Notes: generated from the letters alone by a model not told the origin. A DNA stretch of 64,000 nt from Thiohalophilus sp. (GCF_034521165.1 NZ_JAXHMV010000002.1:197467-261466); one strand, 5' to 3'; positions 10,093 through 24,314 are shown, numbered from the stretch's first letter. A program made the numbers and translations.

Positions 10093-12261
10093 TCAGGCCT
10101 GTGACGGTTGACCGTATTGCTGTTGCAATTGCCGATAGTCGATCTTGCCACTGCCCAGTTGCGGCAGCTTGGTCACAGAGACCAGCCTGTGCGGCACACC
10201 GGCCTCGGGGATACCCTGCTCGCGCGCGGCATCCAGCAGATCACCGCATTGCGCCTGCGGCCGGGTGGTGATCAGCACCAGCTGTTCACCGCTTTGGGTA
10301 TCACCCACGCGAATGATCGCATGGGTTGCCTGCGGCCAGACGCCGCTGACAAATTCCTCCAGCTGTGCCAGCGACACCGTTTCGCCGTCGACCCGGGCAA
10401 AACGCCGGGCCCGGCCAAGGAGGGTCAAAAACCCGCGCGCATCCACCCGGACAATATCGCCGGTATCATACCACCCGGGCCCGGCGGCGGTGGCCGGCGG
10501 CTGAACCGTTTGTGGTTGATCGGATTGCAGATAGCCGAGCATCACGTTGGGCCCCTTCACCCACAGACGTTCGCCGGCTTCCACGTCCGGTTCGGCCACC
10601 AGCCGGTAGTCCATGCCCGGCAGCAGCCGGCCGACCGTGCCGGGGCGGTTTTCCATGGCCGTGTTCATGGCGATCACCGGGCCGGTCTCGGTGGTACCGT
10701 AAGCTTCGAAAATGCGCACCCCGAATCGCTCGCTCCACATCCGGCGGGTTGTCGCCTGCAGTTTTTCCGCGCCGGCGAACACATACCGAACGCTGTAAAA
10801 ATCATACGGATGAGCAAAACGGGCATAACCGGCCAGGAAGGTGTCGGTACCAAAGACGATGGTGGCGTTGATGTCGTAGGCGATCTCGGGGACGATGCGG
10901 TAGTGCCACGGATTGGGATAGAAAAAGACCCGCAACCCGGAGACCACCGGCAGCAGCGTACCGCAGGTCAGCCCGAAGGCATGGAACATGGGCATGGTGT
11001 TGAGCACGACGTCCCGTGAACTGAAATCGCTGCGGCTGACCAGTTGCGAACAGTTGGCCAGCAGATTGGCGTGCGACAGCAGCACGCCCTTGGGTTCAGC
11101 TTCGGAGCCGGGAGTAAACAGCAGCACCGCCGGATCATCCGGCCCGGCCTCACCGGCACGTCCGCGATACCCCAGTCTCGGAAACCAGGCCGCGAACCTG
11201 CCACGCAGTTTATGCCGCCAGCGCAAACCACTGACCACCTCTTCGAGGTAAATCACCTTCACTTCCCGGCCCAGTTCGCTCAGCAGTTCGTGCAAACGGA
11301 CATAATCGGCAAACCGGCGCGAGGTATAGATCGTGTTGAGGCGCCCGATGCGACAGGCCGCGAGCAGATTTTGCACCCCGTCGGAATAATTGAGCAGCGC
11401 CGGCACCCGGTGATAGATCTGCAGTGCAAACAGGGTGATCAGCGTCGCGGTGGTATTGGGTAACAAAATACCGACGTGCTCTTGTCGCCGGGTCCGCGAC
11501 GCCAGGGCATCGGCCAGGATAAAACTGCGCTGGATCAGCTGGCGATAGTTAATCGGTACCCGCTCGAAATCCTCCGCAATCTTGTGCCGGCCGCCGTGAA
11601 TGCGCTGCGCATCCAGCAGGGCCTCGAAGATCGTGCAACGATAATGGCTGGTGGCGAACATCATCTCGGTCATGATGTCGGTCAGCTGCTCGCCGGCATA
11701 GATACGCCGCGCCCGTCCGCGTATCTCGTCCGGCGCCTTGATTTTGCGCGGCGGCAGAACGGTCAGGGTAATGCGCGGGAACCAGCGCACCCGGATGCGC
11801 TTGCGCAGGCGGGAGAACGGCGAATACTGGGCGCCGTCGATGCGCACCGGTAACACGTCGGCATCGACCTTGTCCGCCACCAGCCCCGGGCCGTGATAGA
11901 TCTTCATCAATGCCCCGGTCACGGTGATCCGCCCTTCGGGGAACAGCACCACGCTGTGATCGTCCTGCATATAACGGATCAGCGATTTGAGAGAAAACGG
12001 ACTGCTCGGCTCCATCACAAACAGCGTCACCAGCGGTTTGAACGGCCGCATGAACCATTGATTCACGATACGGGTATGGATGGCGAAGCTGAAATCGCGC
12101 GGCAGAAAGACCGTCAGCAAAAGCCCGTCGAGAAAGGAGGTGTGGTTGGCAATCAGCAAGGTGCGCGGACCGGCCTGTCGCAGGTTTTCCAGCCCCTGCA
12201 CCTCGACCCGATAGAGCAACCTGAGCAGAGCGCGGAAAACGATCTTGAGTAAGGTTCGCAT
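10093..12261 (-). CDS. aas: bifunctional acyltransferase / acyl-ACP synthetase (Aas-like)
   Basis: The 722-aa product fuses an N-terminal PlsC-type acyltransferase (NHTSFLDG, an HX4D motif) to a C-terminal AMP-dependent synthetase domain (TPGSEAEPKGV, YGTTETG). Confidence 0.88.
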   Translation of the reverse strand: MRTLLKIVFRALLRLLYRVEVQGLENLRQAGPRTLLIANHTSFLDGLLLTVFLPRDFSFAIHTRIVNQWFMRPFKPLVTLFVMEPSSPFSLKSLIRYMQDDHSVVLFPEGRITVTGALMKIYHGPGLVADKVDADVLPVRIDGAQYSPFSRLRKRIRVRWFPRITLTVLPPRKIKAPDEIRGRARRIYAGEQLTDIMTEMMFATSHYRCTIFEALLDAQRIHGGRHKIAEDFERVPINYRQLIQRSFILADALASRTRRQEHVGILLPNTTATLITLFALQIYHRVPALLNYSDGVQNLLAACRIGRLNTIYTSRRFADYVRLHELLSELGREVKVIYLEEVVSGLRWRHKLRGRFAAWFPRLGYRGRAGEAGPDDPAVLLFTPGSEAEPKGVLLSHANLLANCSQLVSRSDFSSRDVVLNTMPMFHAFGLTCGTLLPVVSGLRVFFYPNPWHYRIVPEIAYDINATIVFGTDTFLAGYARFAHPYDFYSVRYVFAGAEKLQATTRRMWSERFGVRIFEAYGTTETGPVIAMNTAMENRPGTVGRLLPGMDYRLVAEPDVEAGERLWVKGPNVMLGYLQSDQPQTVQPPATAAGPGWYDTGDIVRVDARGFLTLLGRARRFARVDGETVSLAQLEEFVSGVWPQATHAIIRVGDTQSGEQLVLITTRPQAQCGDLLDAAREQGIPEAGVPHRLVSVTKLPQLGSGKIDYRQLQQQYGQPSQA

Positions 12262-12325
12262 CCGCTATTGATACCGGGTCACTGACCGGTTTGTAAAGGG
12301 CTTTACGTATTGTCCGGTGAACAGG

Positions 12326-12455
12326 CTGTTGAAAACGTTGGCGAGGCCGCCGATGCAAGGCAAAAATGGCCGAAAAAGCGGAGTTTATGTGTAATAAATG
12401 CGCATTTTGAGGCTATTTTTAACGCTGCAGCGGCAACGCAGGGTGTTTTCAACAG
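12326..12455. repeat. 130-bp intergenic element with 11-bp perfect terminal inverted repeats
   Basis: CTGTTGAAAAC (12326-12336) and GTTTTCAACAG (12445-12455) flank an AT-rich core. The element lies between the aas start and the prfC stop. Confidence 0.5.
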
Positions 12456-12459
12456 TCTG

Positions 12460-14040
<1,581 letters not shown>

Positions 14041-14142
14041 GAAGGGTCCAGCTATTAAAAGAGCGCTATTGTACAAAAAAGCCGCGCCGCTGTGCAGGGC
14101 AAGAAGCCTCTCCGGCCCTGGCGGGAGGACGCCGGACCGACG

Positions 14143-14760
14143 TTATTTTGCGGGGCGGTTCTTTTCGCCCGGTGTCGATTTGGACAGTTCGGCCGTGAGT
14201 ACCCGGCGCATGGCATCCTCCATGGACATATTCACCGGTTCGATCTGCGAGCGCGGGATATACAGGGTATAGCCCCCGATCTGGTAACTCAGCGGCATAT
14301 AGACCGCGACAATATCGTCCCCCGCCGGCGCGCTCAGGCCGGGAATATCCTCAATATGATCGCGGGTCAGAAAGCCGATCAACCGGGCGCCGCCGAAGTT
14401 CACCAGCACCACCTGCTTGAGCCCGCCGCGGCTCTTGCCGGCGGCGAAATAATCCATGAAATCGTTCAGCGAGCCGTAGATCGATTTGACCAGCGGAATC
14501 CGCTCCAGCAGCTTCTCCACCAGCCAGATCAGCTGCCGCACCACCCAGGCATTCACTGCCAGACCGATAAAAAACAGCAGCACCACCCCGGCCACCAGTC
14601 CCATGCCGGGCAGGTAATGCTCCTCGGGGACAAACGAGGTAATCGCCGGATGCAGCCCCTTCTCGATATTCAGACCCAGCCAGTAAATCAGATACAGCGT
14701 CAACGCCACCGGCAACACCGTCGCCAGTCCCTTGAAGACATTCTTCCATAGATAGGACAT
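14143..14760 (-). CDS. DUF502 domain membrane protein
   Basis: Two N-terminal TM helices are followed by a conserved DUF502-like core. The start was set to the ATG preceded by AGGAGA (MSYLWKNVF...). Confidence 0.75.
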   Translation of the reverse strand: MSYLWKNVFKGLATVLPVALTLYLIYWLGLNIEKGLHPAITSFVPEEHYLPGMGLVAGVVLLFFIGLAVNAWVVRQLIWLVEKLLERIPLVKSIYGSLNDFMDYFAAGKSRGGLKQVVLVNFGGARLIGFLTRDHIEDIPGLSAPAGDDIVAVYMPLSYQIGGYTLYIPRSQIEPVNMSMEDAMRRVLTAELSKSTPGEKNRPAK

Positions 14761-14922
14761 TGCATTCTCCTGCTGGCCAAACGCCGAAACCGGCAAGGGC
14801 CATATGAACACCTCTGCCGACTATATCAGTCGAGATGGCGCCGTAACACGCTTGCTTACACGCTTTTACGCTGAACAACGAATAACCGACTCAGCAGGCA
14901 CTTGCCAGGGGCCCCCGGAGGC

Positions 14923-15726
14923 TTATCCAGTACCCTTGTCTTTGCACTGGATTCCCAGCCAGTCGGACCAGGCGGCAAACAACCCCGGATCCAGCGCCGC
15001 CACCGCCGAGCGCGGTTGCAAACGGTTGTTAAACACCGCCTCGCCCTCCAGGGTGCACGACTGTCCCCCGGCCTCGGCCAGGATCAGGTGCCCGGCGGCG
15101 TAATCCCACAGATTCTGCTTGCCGTGCAGATAGACATGACTGCGGCCGATGGCAATCCAGCACCAGTCCAGTGCCACCGAACCGAAACTGCGTTGCGATG
15201 AATAGGGGATATCGGTAACCAGCCGGGTCGCCAGCGCGGGTGCCAGCCGTTTGAAGTCGATGAGGCCGGTACTTTGTTTCAGACTCAGGCCGATATCGAT
15301 TGGAACAAGCCGCTCACCATTGAGCCAGGCGCCCTGGCCCTGTTGCGCGAAGAAGCATTCGTCACGCACCGGGTCGTAAACCAGGCCGAGTTTCAACGCG
15401 CCCGCCTCGATCAGCGCCAGCGACACCGAGAAACAGGGAATGCCCGAGGCATAGTTACTGGTGCCATCGAGCGGGTCCAGCACCCACAGGGGTTTGCCGC
15501 TTTGCAACAGGGCCTGTTGTTCTTCGGGGGGCATCTCTTCACCCAGAAACAGGATATCGGGCTCATGGCGGTTTAATTCACGGGCAACCCGGTTTTGCAT
15601 GGCGAGGTCGGCCTCGGTCAGAAAACTGCCGTCGGCCTTGATGCCGCGTTTGACGTGGGTAAAGCGGGTCATCAGTTCCTCGCGCGCGGCGGCGCGGATC
15701 AGCGAGATGAGCGTGTCTGACTGCAT
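14923..15726 (-). CDS. inositol monophosphatase family protein
   Basis: IMPase metal-binding motifs EEM...WVLDPLDGTSNY and WDYAAG are present. Confidence 0.85.
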   Translation of the reverse strand: MQSDTLISLIRAAAREELMTRFTHVKRGIKADGSFLTEADLAMQNRVARELNRHEPDILFLGEEMPPEEQQALLQSGKPLWVLDPLDGTSNYASGIPCFSVSLALIEAGALKLGLVYDPVRDECFFAQQGQGAWLNGERLVPIDIGLSLKQSTGLIDFKRLAPALATRLVTDIPYSSQRSFGSVALDWCWIAIGRSHVYLHGKQNLWDYAAGHLILAEAGGQSCTLEGEAVFNNRLQPRSAVAALDPGLFAAWSDWLGIQCKDKGTG

Positions 15727-15753
15727 AAAAGCCAATCCGTTAAGAGGAAGGAC

Positions 15754-16233
15754 TCAGTCGCCGAGCGACAGCGCCATCACCAGCGCATCTTCGCGGCCGA
15801 ACTCGTCGGGATAATAATCGGGGCGAATGCCGATCTCCTGAAAGCCGGTTTTCTCGTACAGCCGTATGGCCGCCTGATTGGAAGGGCGCACTTCCAGATA
15901 GACCGAATCGACGTGATATTCCCGGGCCACTTGCAAGATATCGCCCAGCATCAGTTCACCGTAACCGCGGCGATGGGAATCGGGATGCACGCACAGGGTC
16001 AGAATATGGGCCTCGCCGGCGGCAATGGAGAGAATCGCATAGGCCCGCAGCCGGCCGTCGATTTGCAAAACCCGGCAGGGATAGCCGACGGCCATACAAT
16101 CGCGAAATATCCCGCGAGTCCAGGGAAAAAAATAGATCGCCTCCTCGATTGCCATGACCTCATCCAGATCCGCCAGGGTCATGGCGCGGATGCCGTCATC
16201 TGCCTGTTTGAAAACCGCGCTCATACCGAACAA
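15754..16233 (-). CDS. rimI: ribosomal-protein-alanine N-acetyltransferase
   Basis: This 159-aa GNAT protein has the acetyl-CoA loop HRRGYGELML. The RimI assignment follows from size and the neighbouring family-4 UDG gene, a common gene pair. Confidence 0.8.
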   Translation of the reverse strand: MFGMSAVFKQADDGIRAMTLADLDEVMAIEEAIYFFPWTRGIFRDCMAVGYPCRVLQIDGRLRAYAILSIAAGEAHILTLCVHPDSHRRGYGELMLGDILQVAREYHVDSVYLEVRPSNQAAIRLYEKTGFQEIGIRPDYYPDEFGREDALVMALSLGD

Positions 16234-16242
16234 GTATACCGG

Positions 16243-16992
16243 TTATTCGCCGGTTGTCAGGGAGCGGGCAAACAGCAAATCTTCCCACGCCTTGCGCTTG
16301 TCCGCCGGACTACGCAGCAGATAGGCCGGATGGTAAGTCACGATGACCGGGGTAGCGGTGGATTCCAGCTGCTGCACACTGCCCCGTAACCGGTTCAGCG
16401 GCGTATTGCAGTCGAGCAGCCGCTGGGCGGCGATACGACCCACCGCAATAATCAAGTCCGGCTGAATGAGTTCGATCTGGCGACGCAGATAGGGAAAACA
16501 GCAGGCCGCCTCTTCGGGCCGGGGATCCCGGTTATTCGGCGGCCGGCATTTGAGAATATTGGCGATATAGACCTGCTCGCGAGACAATCCCACCGCCTGC
16601 AGCATGGCATTGAGCAACTTGCCGGCCCGGCCGACAAACGGCTCACCCTGGCGATCTTCATCGACCCCGGGGGCCTCGCCGACGATCAGCCAGCGGGCCT
16701 GCTGATCCCCCACCCCGAACACGGTCTGCGTGCGGCTCTGGTGCAACTCGCACAACCGGCAACCGGCCACCCGCTGGCGCAGGCCATCCCAGTCCAGTTC
16801 ACTGACATCCGGCAGCCCCTCGCCCGGCGCCTCCAGCGGCACCGCCGGTTCCGGCGCCAGCGCAGACTCAATCGAGGCCGATTCGGCTTGCGCCACAGCC
16901 GCCGCCTCCGGCAACACCTGATCCCGCCGCACCCAGACATCGATCCCCATCGCGTCCAGATAGCGGCGTTGTTGTGGCGTGACAGGAGACAT
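16243..16992 (-). CDS. uracil-DNA glycosylase, family 4
   Basis: The motifs [20 protein letters not shown] and HPAYLLR are present, with an N-terminal extension. Confidence 0.85.
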   Translation of the reverse strand: MSPVTPQQRRYLDAMGIDVWVRRDQVLPEAAAVAQAESASIESALAPEPAVPLEAPGEGLPDVSELDWDGLRQRVAGCRLCELHQSRTQTVFGVGDQQARWLIVGEAPGVDEDRQGEPFVGRAGKLLNAMLQAVGLSREQVYIANILKCRPPNNRDPRPEEAACCFPYLRRQIELIQPDLIIAVGRIAAQRLLDCNTPLNRLRGSVQQLESTATPVIVTYHPAYLLRSPADKRKAWEDLLFARSLTTGE

Positions 16993-17016
16993 GGGATGAG
17001 TTTACCACCTACGAAA

Positions 17017-17163
17017 GAAAAGGGGCGAGGGACGAGGAAAAGCGTTAACCACCAAGACGCCAAGACACCAAGAATGCACAATTATTTTCTTCGTGCCTTG
17101 GTGTCTTGGTGTCTTGGTGGTGAGTTTTTAAGCTTTTTTCCTCGTCCCTCGGACCTCGCCCCT
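17017..17163. repeat. nested palindromic low-complexity intergenic element, copy B
   Basis: Outer arms AAAAGGGGCGAGGGACGAGGAAAAGC / CTTTTTTCCTCGTCCCTCGGACCTCGCCCCT enclose inner arms ACCACCAAGACGCCAAGACACCAAGAATGCAC / GTGCCTTGGTGTCTTGGTGTCTTGGTGGT around an AT-rich loop. Confidence 0.65.
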
Positions 17164-17172
17164 GGCCGCCGA

Positions 17173-18723
<1,551 letters not shown>

Positions 18724-19026
18724 TGTCTCTCTCCTGATAACCCATTATGGCATGGGTTGGCAGTTAACCTGAAAATTCTGTGCTTGTTGGGCTGTGAGGT
18801 TGTGGCGCCCAGCCCGGCGCGTCGTCTGCTGTTATTTGCCCCTCAGGGCAGCAGTCGCAGGTTCAGGAGAGCATCCAGGGAGGTCAACCGGACGAACAGG
18901 GGCAGGCCCTGCATCGGGGAAGCAGTGACAGAGATGTCGCTGTGGTTCGAACGCGTCATTGTCCGGGCATTTCGCTCAATCATTTAGACTCAATATAACG
19001 TCTCTTGCGCCGTTTTCCAAGCCCTG

Positions 19027-19794
19027 TTACGACTCCTCGTGGCGATGGGCCTGATCCCGCTCGGCACGGCGCTGGCGCAACTGGATCAGGGTCAGTACCG
19101 GCCCCGACAGGGCGTAAACCGCGAACACGCTGAACAGCACCACCGGGGGATTGGCCGACACCAGCACCAGGATCAGGACAATGACCAGAATGGCCACAAA
19201 CGGCACCCGGTTACGCAGATTGAAGGTCTTGAAGCTGTAGTAGCGGACATTACTGACCATCAGCAGGCCCACCAGCACCGTGATCGCCCAGACCAGATAA
19301 TCGAACTGGGCGGGGAACACGTCGTAGTGCTCACCCACCCAGACCCCGCCGGCAATGATCGCCGCCGCCGAGGGACTGGCCAGCCCCTGAAAATAACGCT
19401 TGTCGGCATGCTCCACCTGGGTATTGAACCGGGCCAGCCGCAGCGCCGCCGTGGCGGTGTAGATAAAGGCCGCCAGCCAGCCGAGCTTGCCCAGATCCGA
19501 CAGAGCCCATTCGTAAATCACCAGCGCCGGCGCCAGCCCGAAGGAGACCATGTCCGACAGGCTGTCATACTCGGCGCCAAAATCGCTCTGGGTGTTGGTC
19601 AGGCGTGCCACCCGCCCGTCGATCCCATCCAGCAGCATGGCCACGAAAATGGCAATCGCGGCCGGCTCGAAGCGGCCATGCATGGCCGCCACGATAGCGT
19701 AAAACCCCGAGAACAGGGCCGCCGTGGTAAACAGGTTAGGCAGCAGATAGATGCCGCGACGATGCTGATCGGTCTGGGATTTTCTGCTCATCAA
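19027..19794 (-). CDS. pssA: CDP-diacylglycerol--serine O-phosphatidyltransferase
   Basis: The CDP-alcohol phosphatidyltransferase motif DGIDGRVARLTNTQSDFGAEYDSLSDM is present, in a multi-TM protein of 255 aa. Confidence 0.88.
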   Translation of the reverse strand: MMSRKSQTDQHRRGIYLLPNLFTTAALFSGFYAIVAAMHGRFEPAAIAIFVAMLLDGIDGRVARLTNTQSDFGAEYDSLSDMVSFGLAPALVIYEWALSDLGKLGWLAAFIYTATAALRLARFNTQVEHADKRYFQGLASPSAAAIIAGGVWVGEHYDVFPAQFDYLVWAITVLVGLLMVSNVRYYSFKTFNLRNRVPFVAILVIVLILVLVSANPPVVLFSVFAVYALSGPVLTLIQLRQRRAERDQAHRHEES

Positions 19795-19886
19795 ATCAAA
19801 CGCGTGTTAAGAACGAGATACCGATCATAACGTAAACCCCCTCCGCTGCAGAGCCCCGTGCAAGGGAATTTCAGCGGCCCAAACGC

Positions 19887-19914
19887 AAAAGGCCGGTTAG
19901 AAAACCGGCCTTTT
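19887..19914 (-). terminator. rho-independent terminator after ilvC
   Basis: The stem GGCCGGTT / AACCGGCC has a short loop and is flanked by A/T runs. It lies 22 nt downstream of the ilvC stop. Confidence 0.65.
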
Positions 19915-19935
19915 ATCAAGCGAAACGCGACGCGC

Positions 19936-20976
<1,041 letters not shown>

Positions 20977-20991
20977 TTAATTAATTGAAGA

Positions 20992-21486
20992 TTAAACGTG
21001 CAATGCCCGGCTGCCGCGTGCAACACCCGTAGCACCGGAACGAACCGTTTCGATAATCAGCTCCGCGTCGATTGCACCGAGAAAGGCATCCAGCTTGGTG
21101 CCGTTACCGGTCAGTTCGATGATATAAGTCTCGTCAGTGACATCCAGTATGCGGCCGCGGAAAATGTCCGCCATACGCTTGAGTTCGGCACGCGCCTGAT
21201 CCGAGGGGGTCGAGACCTTGACCATCATCAGTTCCCGTTCGATATGATTGCCCTCGGAAATATCCGCCAGTTTGACTATATCGACCAGCTTGTTCAGCTG
21301 CTTGAAGATCTGCTCGATGATCTCGTCCGAACCGCTGGTCACGATCGTCATGCGCGACAGGGAGGCATCCTCGGTCGGCGCCACGGTCAACGATTCGATG
21401 TTGTAACCGCGCGCCGAGAAGAGCCCCGCCACCCGGGACAGGGCCCCGGCCTCGTTTTCCATCAACAGTGAAATGATATGTCGCAT
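20992..21486 (-). CDS. ilvH: acetolactate synthase small (regulatory) subunit
   Basis: The 164-aa product has an N-terminal ACT domain (ISLLMENEAGALSRVAGLFSARGYNIESL). Its start overlaps the stop of the large-subunit gene by 1 nt. Confidence 0.95.
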   Translation of the reverse strand: MRHIISLLMENEAGALSRVAGLFSARGYNIESLTVAPTEDASLSRMTIVTSGSDEIIEQIFKQLNKLVDIVKLADISEGNHIERELMMVKVSTPSDQARAELKRMADIFRGRILDVTDETYIIELTGNGTKLDAFLGAIDAELIIETVRSGATGVARGSRALHV

Positions 21487-23204
21487 CAGGCCAGCTCCCT
21501 CTCCGGTGACAGGTGCATCTCATGATGCCCCTTGCCGGCGGCAATCATCGGATAGACGTTCTCGGTCTGATCGGTAATGAAGTCCATGAACACCAGCCGG
21601 TCCTTCATGGCGAAGGCTTCCCTGAGCGCACCTTCCACGTCCCCCGGCTGCTCGATACGCATGCCCACGTGGCCGTAGCTTTCCGCCAGTTTGACGAAAT
21701 CGGGCAACGCATCCAGATAGGAATGGGAATAGCGGCTGTCGTAGAAGAACTCCTGCCACTGACGCACCATGCCCATATAACGGTTGTTCAGGTTGACGAT
21801 CTTGACCGGCAGCATGTATTGCAGCGCGGTGGACAGCTCCTGGATACACATCTGGATACTCGCCTCGCCGGTGACACAGGCCACCTGACTGTCGGGATAG
21901 GCCAGTTGCACGCCCAGCGCAGCCGGCAGGCCGAAGCCCATGGTGCCCAGGCCGCCGGAGTTGATCCAGCGACGCGGCTTGTCAAACGGATAGAACTGCG
22001 CCGCGAACATCTGATGCTGGCCCACGTCGGAGGTCACATAGGCGTCGCCGCCGGTCACCTCGTGCAGTTTTTCGATCACGAACTGCGGCTTGATCAGCGC
22101 GCTGTTGCGATCGTAACGCAGGCAGTTTTTGCTTTTCCAGGCCTCGATCTGCTGCCACCACTGATCCAGCGGCTTGGCATCCGGCTTTTTCTTCGAGGCC
22201 TTGATCGCCTTGTTCATATCCGACAGCACATGCTTGATATCGCCGACGATGGGCACATCCACCCGCACGTTCTTGGAAATGGACGAAGGATCGATATCGA
22301 TGTGAATGATCCTGGCATCCGGGCAAAACTGTTTGACGTCGCCGGTCACCCGATCGTCGAAGCGCGCGCCGATGGCGATCAGCACATCGCACTCGTGCAT
22401 CGCCATGTTGGCCTCGTAGGTACCGTGCATGCCGAGCATGCCCAGATGTTGCTTGTCGCTGGCCGGATAGGCACCGAGGCCCATCAGGGTCTGGGTAATG
22501 GGATAGCCCAGGGTGCGGGTGAATTCGATCAGCTCGGCGTCGGCATTGCTCAGCACGACCCCGCCGCCGGTGTAGATCATCGGCCGGCGCGCCGCGAGGA
22601 TCAGCTCCATCGCCCGGCTGATCTCGCCGGGGTGGCCCTTGACCACCGGCTGATAGGAGCGCATCTCGACTTCGCCCGGGTATTCATAATCGATCTTGAT
22701 GTTCGGATCAGTCGTGTCCTTGGGAATATCCACCACCACCGGGCCGGGCCGGCCGGTGCTCGCCACATAGAAGGCCTTGCGCAGGGTCTCGCCCAGATCC
22801 TCGGCCCGTTTCACCAGAAAGTTGTGTTTCACGCAGGGACGGGTAATGCCGACCGCATCCACCTCCTGGAACGCGTCACTGCCAATATAATGGGTCGCCA
22901 CCTGACCGGTGATGATCACCATCGGAATCGAGTCCATGTAGGCGGTAGCAATGCCGGTCACGGCATTGGTCGCCCCCGGACCGGAGGTGACCAGCACCAC
23001 GCCCGGCTTGCCGGTCGCGCGGGCATAGCCGTCGGCCGAATGAGTCGCGCCCTGTTCGTGGCGAACCAGGATGTGCTTGACCTCATCCTGATTGAACAGG
23101 GCGTCATAGATATGCAGAACCGCGCCGCCCGGATAGCCGAAGACGTATTCAACGCCCTCGTCCTTCAGGAACTGGACTACGATTTCGGCTCCACTGAGTT
23201 TCAC
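21486..23204 (-). CDS. ilvI: acetolactate synthase large subunit
   Basis: This is a ThDP enzyme with the motif [15 protein letters not shown]. The 657-aa ORF has a non-homologous N-terminal extension. The start was reassigned to GTG at 23204 ([13 protein letters not shown]...), which is preceded by a GGGAG RBS. Confidence 0.93.
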   Translation of the reverse strand: MKLSGAEIVVQFLKDEGVEYVFGYPGGAVLHIYDALFNQDEVKHILVRHEQGATHSADGYARATGKPGVVLVTSGPGATNAVTGIATAYMDSIPMVIITGQVATHYIGSDAFQEVDAVGITRPCVKHNFLVKRAEDLGETLRKAFYVASTGRPGPVVVDIPKDTTDPNIKIDYEYPGEVEMRSYQPVVKGHPGEISRAMELILAARRPMIYTGGGVVLSNADAELIEFTRTLGYPITQTLMGLGAYPASDKQHLGMLGMHGTYEANMAMHECDVLIAIGARFDDRVTGDVKQFCPDARIIHIDIDPSSISKNVRVDVPIVGDIKHVLSDMNKAIKASKKKPDAKPLDQWWQQIEAWKSKNCLRYDRNSALIKPQFVIEKLHEVTGGDAYVTSDVGQHQMFAAQFYPFDKPRRWINSGGLGTMGFGLPAALGVQLAYPDSQVACVTGEASIQMCIQELSTALQYMLPVKIVNLNNRYMGMVRQWQEFFYDSRYSHSYLDALPDFVKLAESYGHVGMRIEQPGDVEGALREAFAMKDRLVFMDFITDQTENVYPMIAAGKGHHEMHLSPERELA

Positions 23205-23248
23205 GTTGTGTACTCCCAGATGCGTTCCAGAAATGTTGCGTCGCTGCG

Positions 23249-23271
23249 AAAAAAATACCCGTCGCAACGGG
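23249..23271 (-). promoter_or_regulatory. terminator-like hairpin in the ilvI leader (possible attenuator)
   Basis: On the minus strand, CCCGT-TGCG-ACGGG is followed by TATTTTTT. It lies ~45 nt upstream of the ilvI GTG and just downstream of a TATAAT box (23284-23289 on the minus strand). Confidence 0.3.
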
Positions 23272-23477
23272 CAGGGACGCCCATTATAATCGGTAAAACG
23301 GTATAAATACACGGAATGTCGACAGAAAGCCGGCAAAACCTGCCGCCGCGACACAATTTCCGGACCCTCGCCGTGGTTGTTGCCGACAGTAACTTGACCC
23401 GGCGGGCGCGACATGCGAAAACCACTCCTGAGACAGGCTTTACAACCCCTTAACCGCAACCTGCGCAGAATACGCTC

Positions 23478-23924
23478 ATGAAAACAATCAACAAGCTTTT
23501 CGCTCTACTCCTGCTGCTCGCCCTGGCGACCCCGACCGCGCTGGCCGCCACCTACAAGTATCAGGACGAGTCGGGCAACACGGTCTATTCCCAGAATCCG
23601 CCCGAGAACCCCGATACGCCCTACGAGGTAATGACCAACATCTCCTCCCAGGCCAGGCCCGGCAGCAACTCCGCGCCGGCCAGCAGCCGCCCGTCGCCCA
23701 ACCTGCAACCGGACGAAGAAGAGAGTGACACCGTCGCCCGCGAGCAGCAACAGGCCGAACAGATGCGCGAAGAAAACTGCGAAGCCGCGAAAAAGAACCT
23801 GGAGATTTACACCGTCTATCGCCGGATTCGCAATGAAGAAGGCGAAGTGGTGCGCATCAGCGACGAGGAACGTCAGCAAAAAATCGACGAAGCCAAACAG
23901 GCGATCCGGGATTTCTGTGACTGA
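23478..23924 (+). CDS. DUF4124 domain-containing secreted protein
   Basis: A signal peptide is followed by [17 protein letters not shown], a DUF4124-type motif. Confidence 0.7.
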   Translation: MKTINKLFALLLLLALATPTALAATYKYQDESGNTVYSQNPPENPDTPYEVMTNISSQARPGSNSAPASSRPSPNLQPDEEESDTVAREQQQAEQMREENCEAAKKNLEIYTVYRRIRNEEGEVVRISDEERQQKIDEAKQAIRDFCD

Positions 23925-23959
23925 CTTACGGGGACTGACCTGCGTGAGGGAGTTTTAGC

Positions 23960-24304
23960 ATGCCGCTACTCAAGATTCAGAGCAATCAATCCGTCGAACC
24001 GGCGCGGGCCGAACAACTGGTCAGTGCCGCCTCCGCCCTGGTGGCCGGGCAACTGGGCAAGCCCGAGCGCTACGTGATGGTGGCCCTGGAGCCGCCGGTT
24101 CCCATGTCCTTCGGCGGCAGCACCGACCCGCTGGCCTACCTGGAACTGAAAAGCATCGGCCTGCCGCAGGACAAGACCCCGGCCCTGTCCGAGGCCCTCT
24201 GTGGTCTCATCCAGGAACAACTGGGCATCGATCCTGAACGGGTCTACATCGAATTCGCCAACGCCCCGCGCGCCATGTGGGGCTGGAACAGCTCGACTTT
24301 CTAG
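23960..24304 (+). CDS. MIF / phenylpyruvate tautomerase family protein
   Basis: The 114-aa product begins Met-Pro (catalytic Pro1) and has a tautomerase-superfamily pattern of size and sequence. Confidence 0.75.
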   Translation: MPLLKIQSNQSVEPARAEQLVSAASALVAGQLGKPERYVMVALEPPVPMSFGGSTDPLAYLELKSIGLPQDKTPALSEALCGLIQEQLGIDPERVYIEFANAPRAMWGWNSSTF

Positions 24305-24314
24305 ACTACCCCAA

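Noticed and set aside
18941-18958. A GGTTCGAA T-loop-like motif could hint at a tRNA.
   Set aside because: The flanking bases do not form a T-stem, and no acceptor, D or anticodon arms can be drawn.
18843-18959. A 38-aa minus-strand ORF upstream of leuA has a Leu-rich end (…LTSLDALLNLRLLP), which could be a leu leader peptide.
   Set aside because: It has no run of consecutive Leu codons and no obvious RBS. No terminator with a T-run lies between it and leuA, so a classical attenuator cannot be supported.
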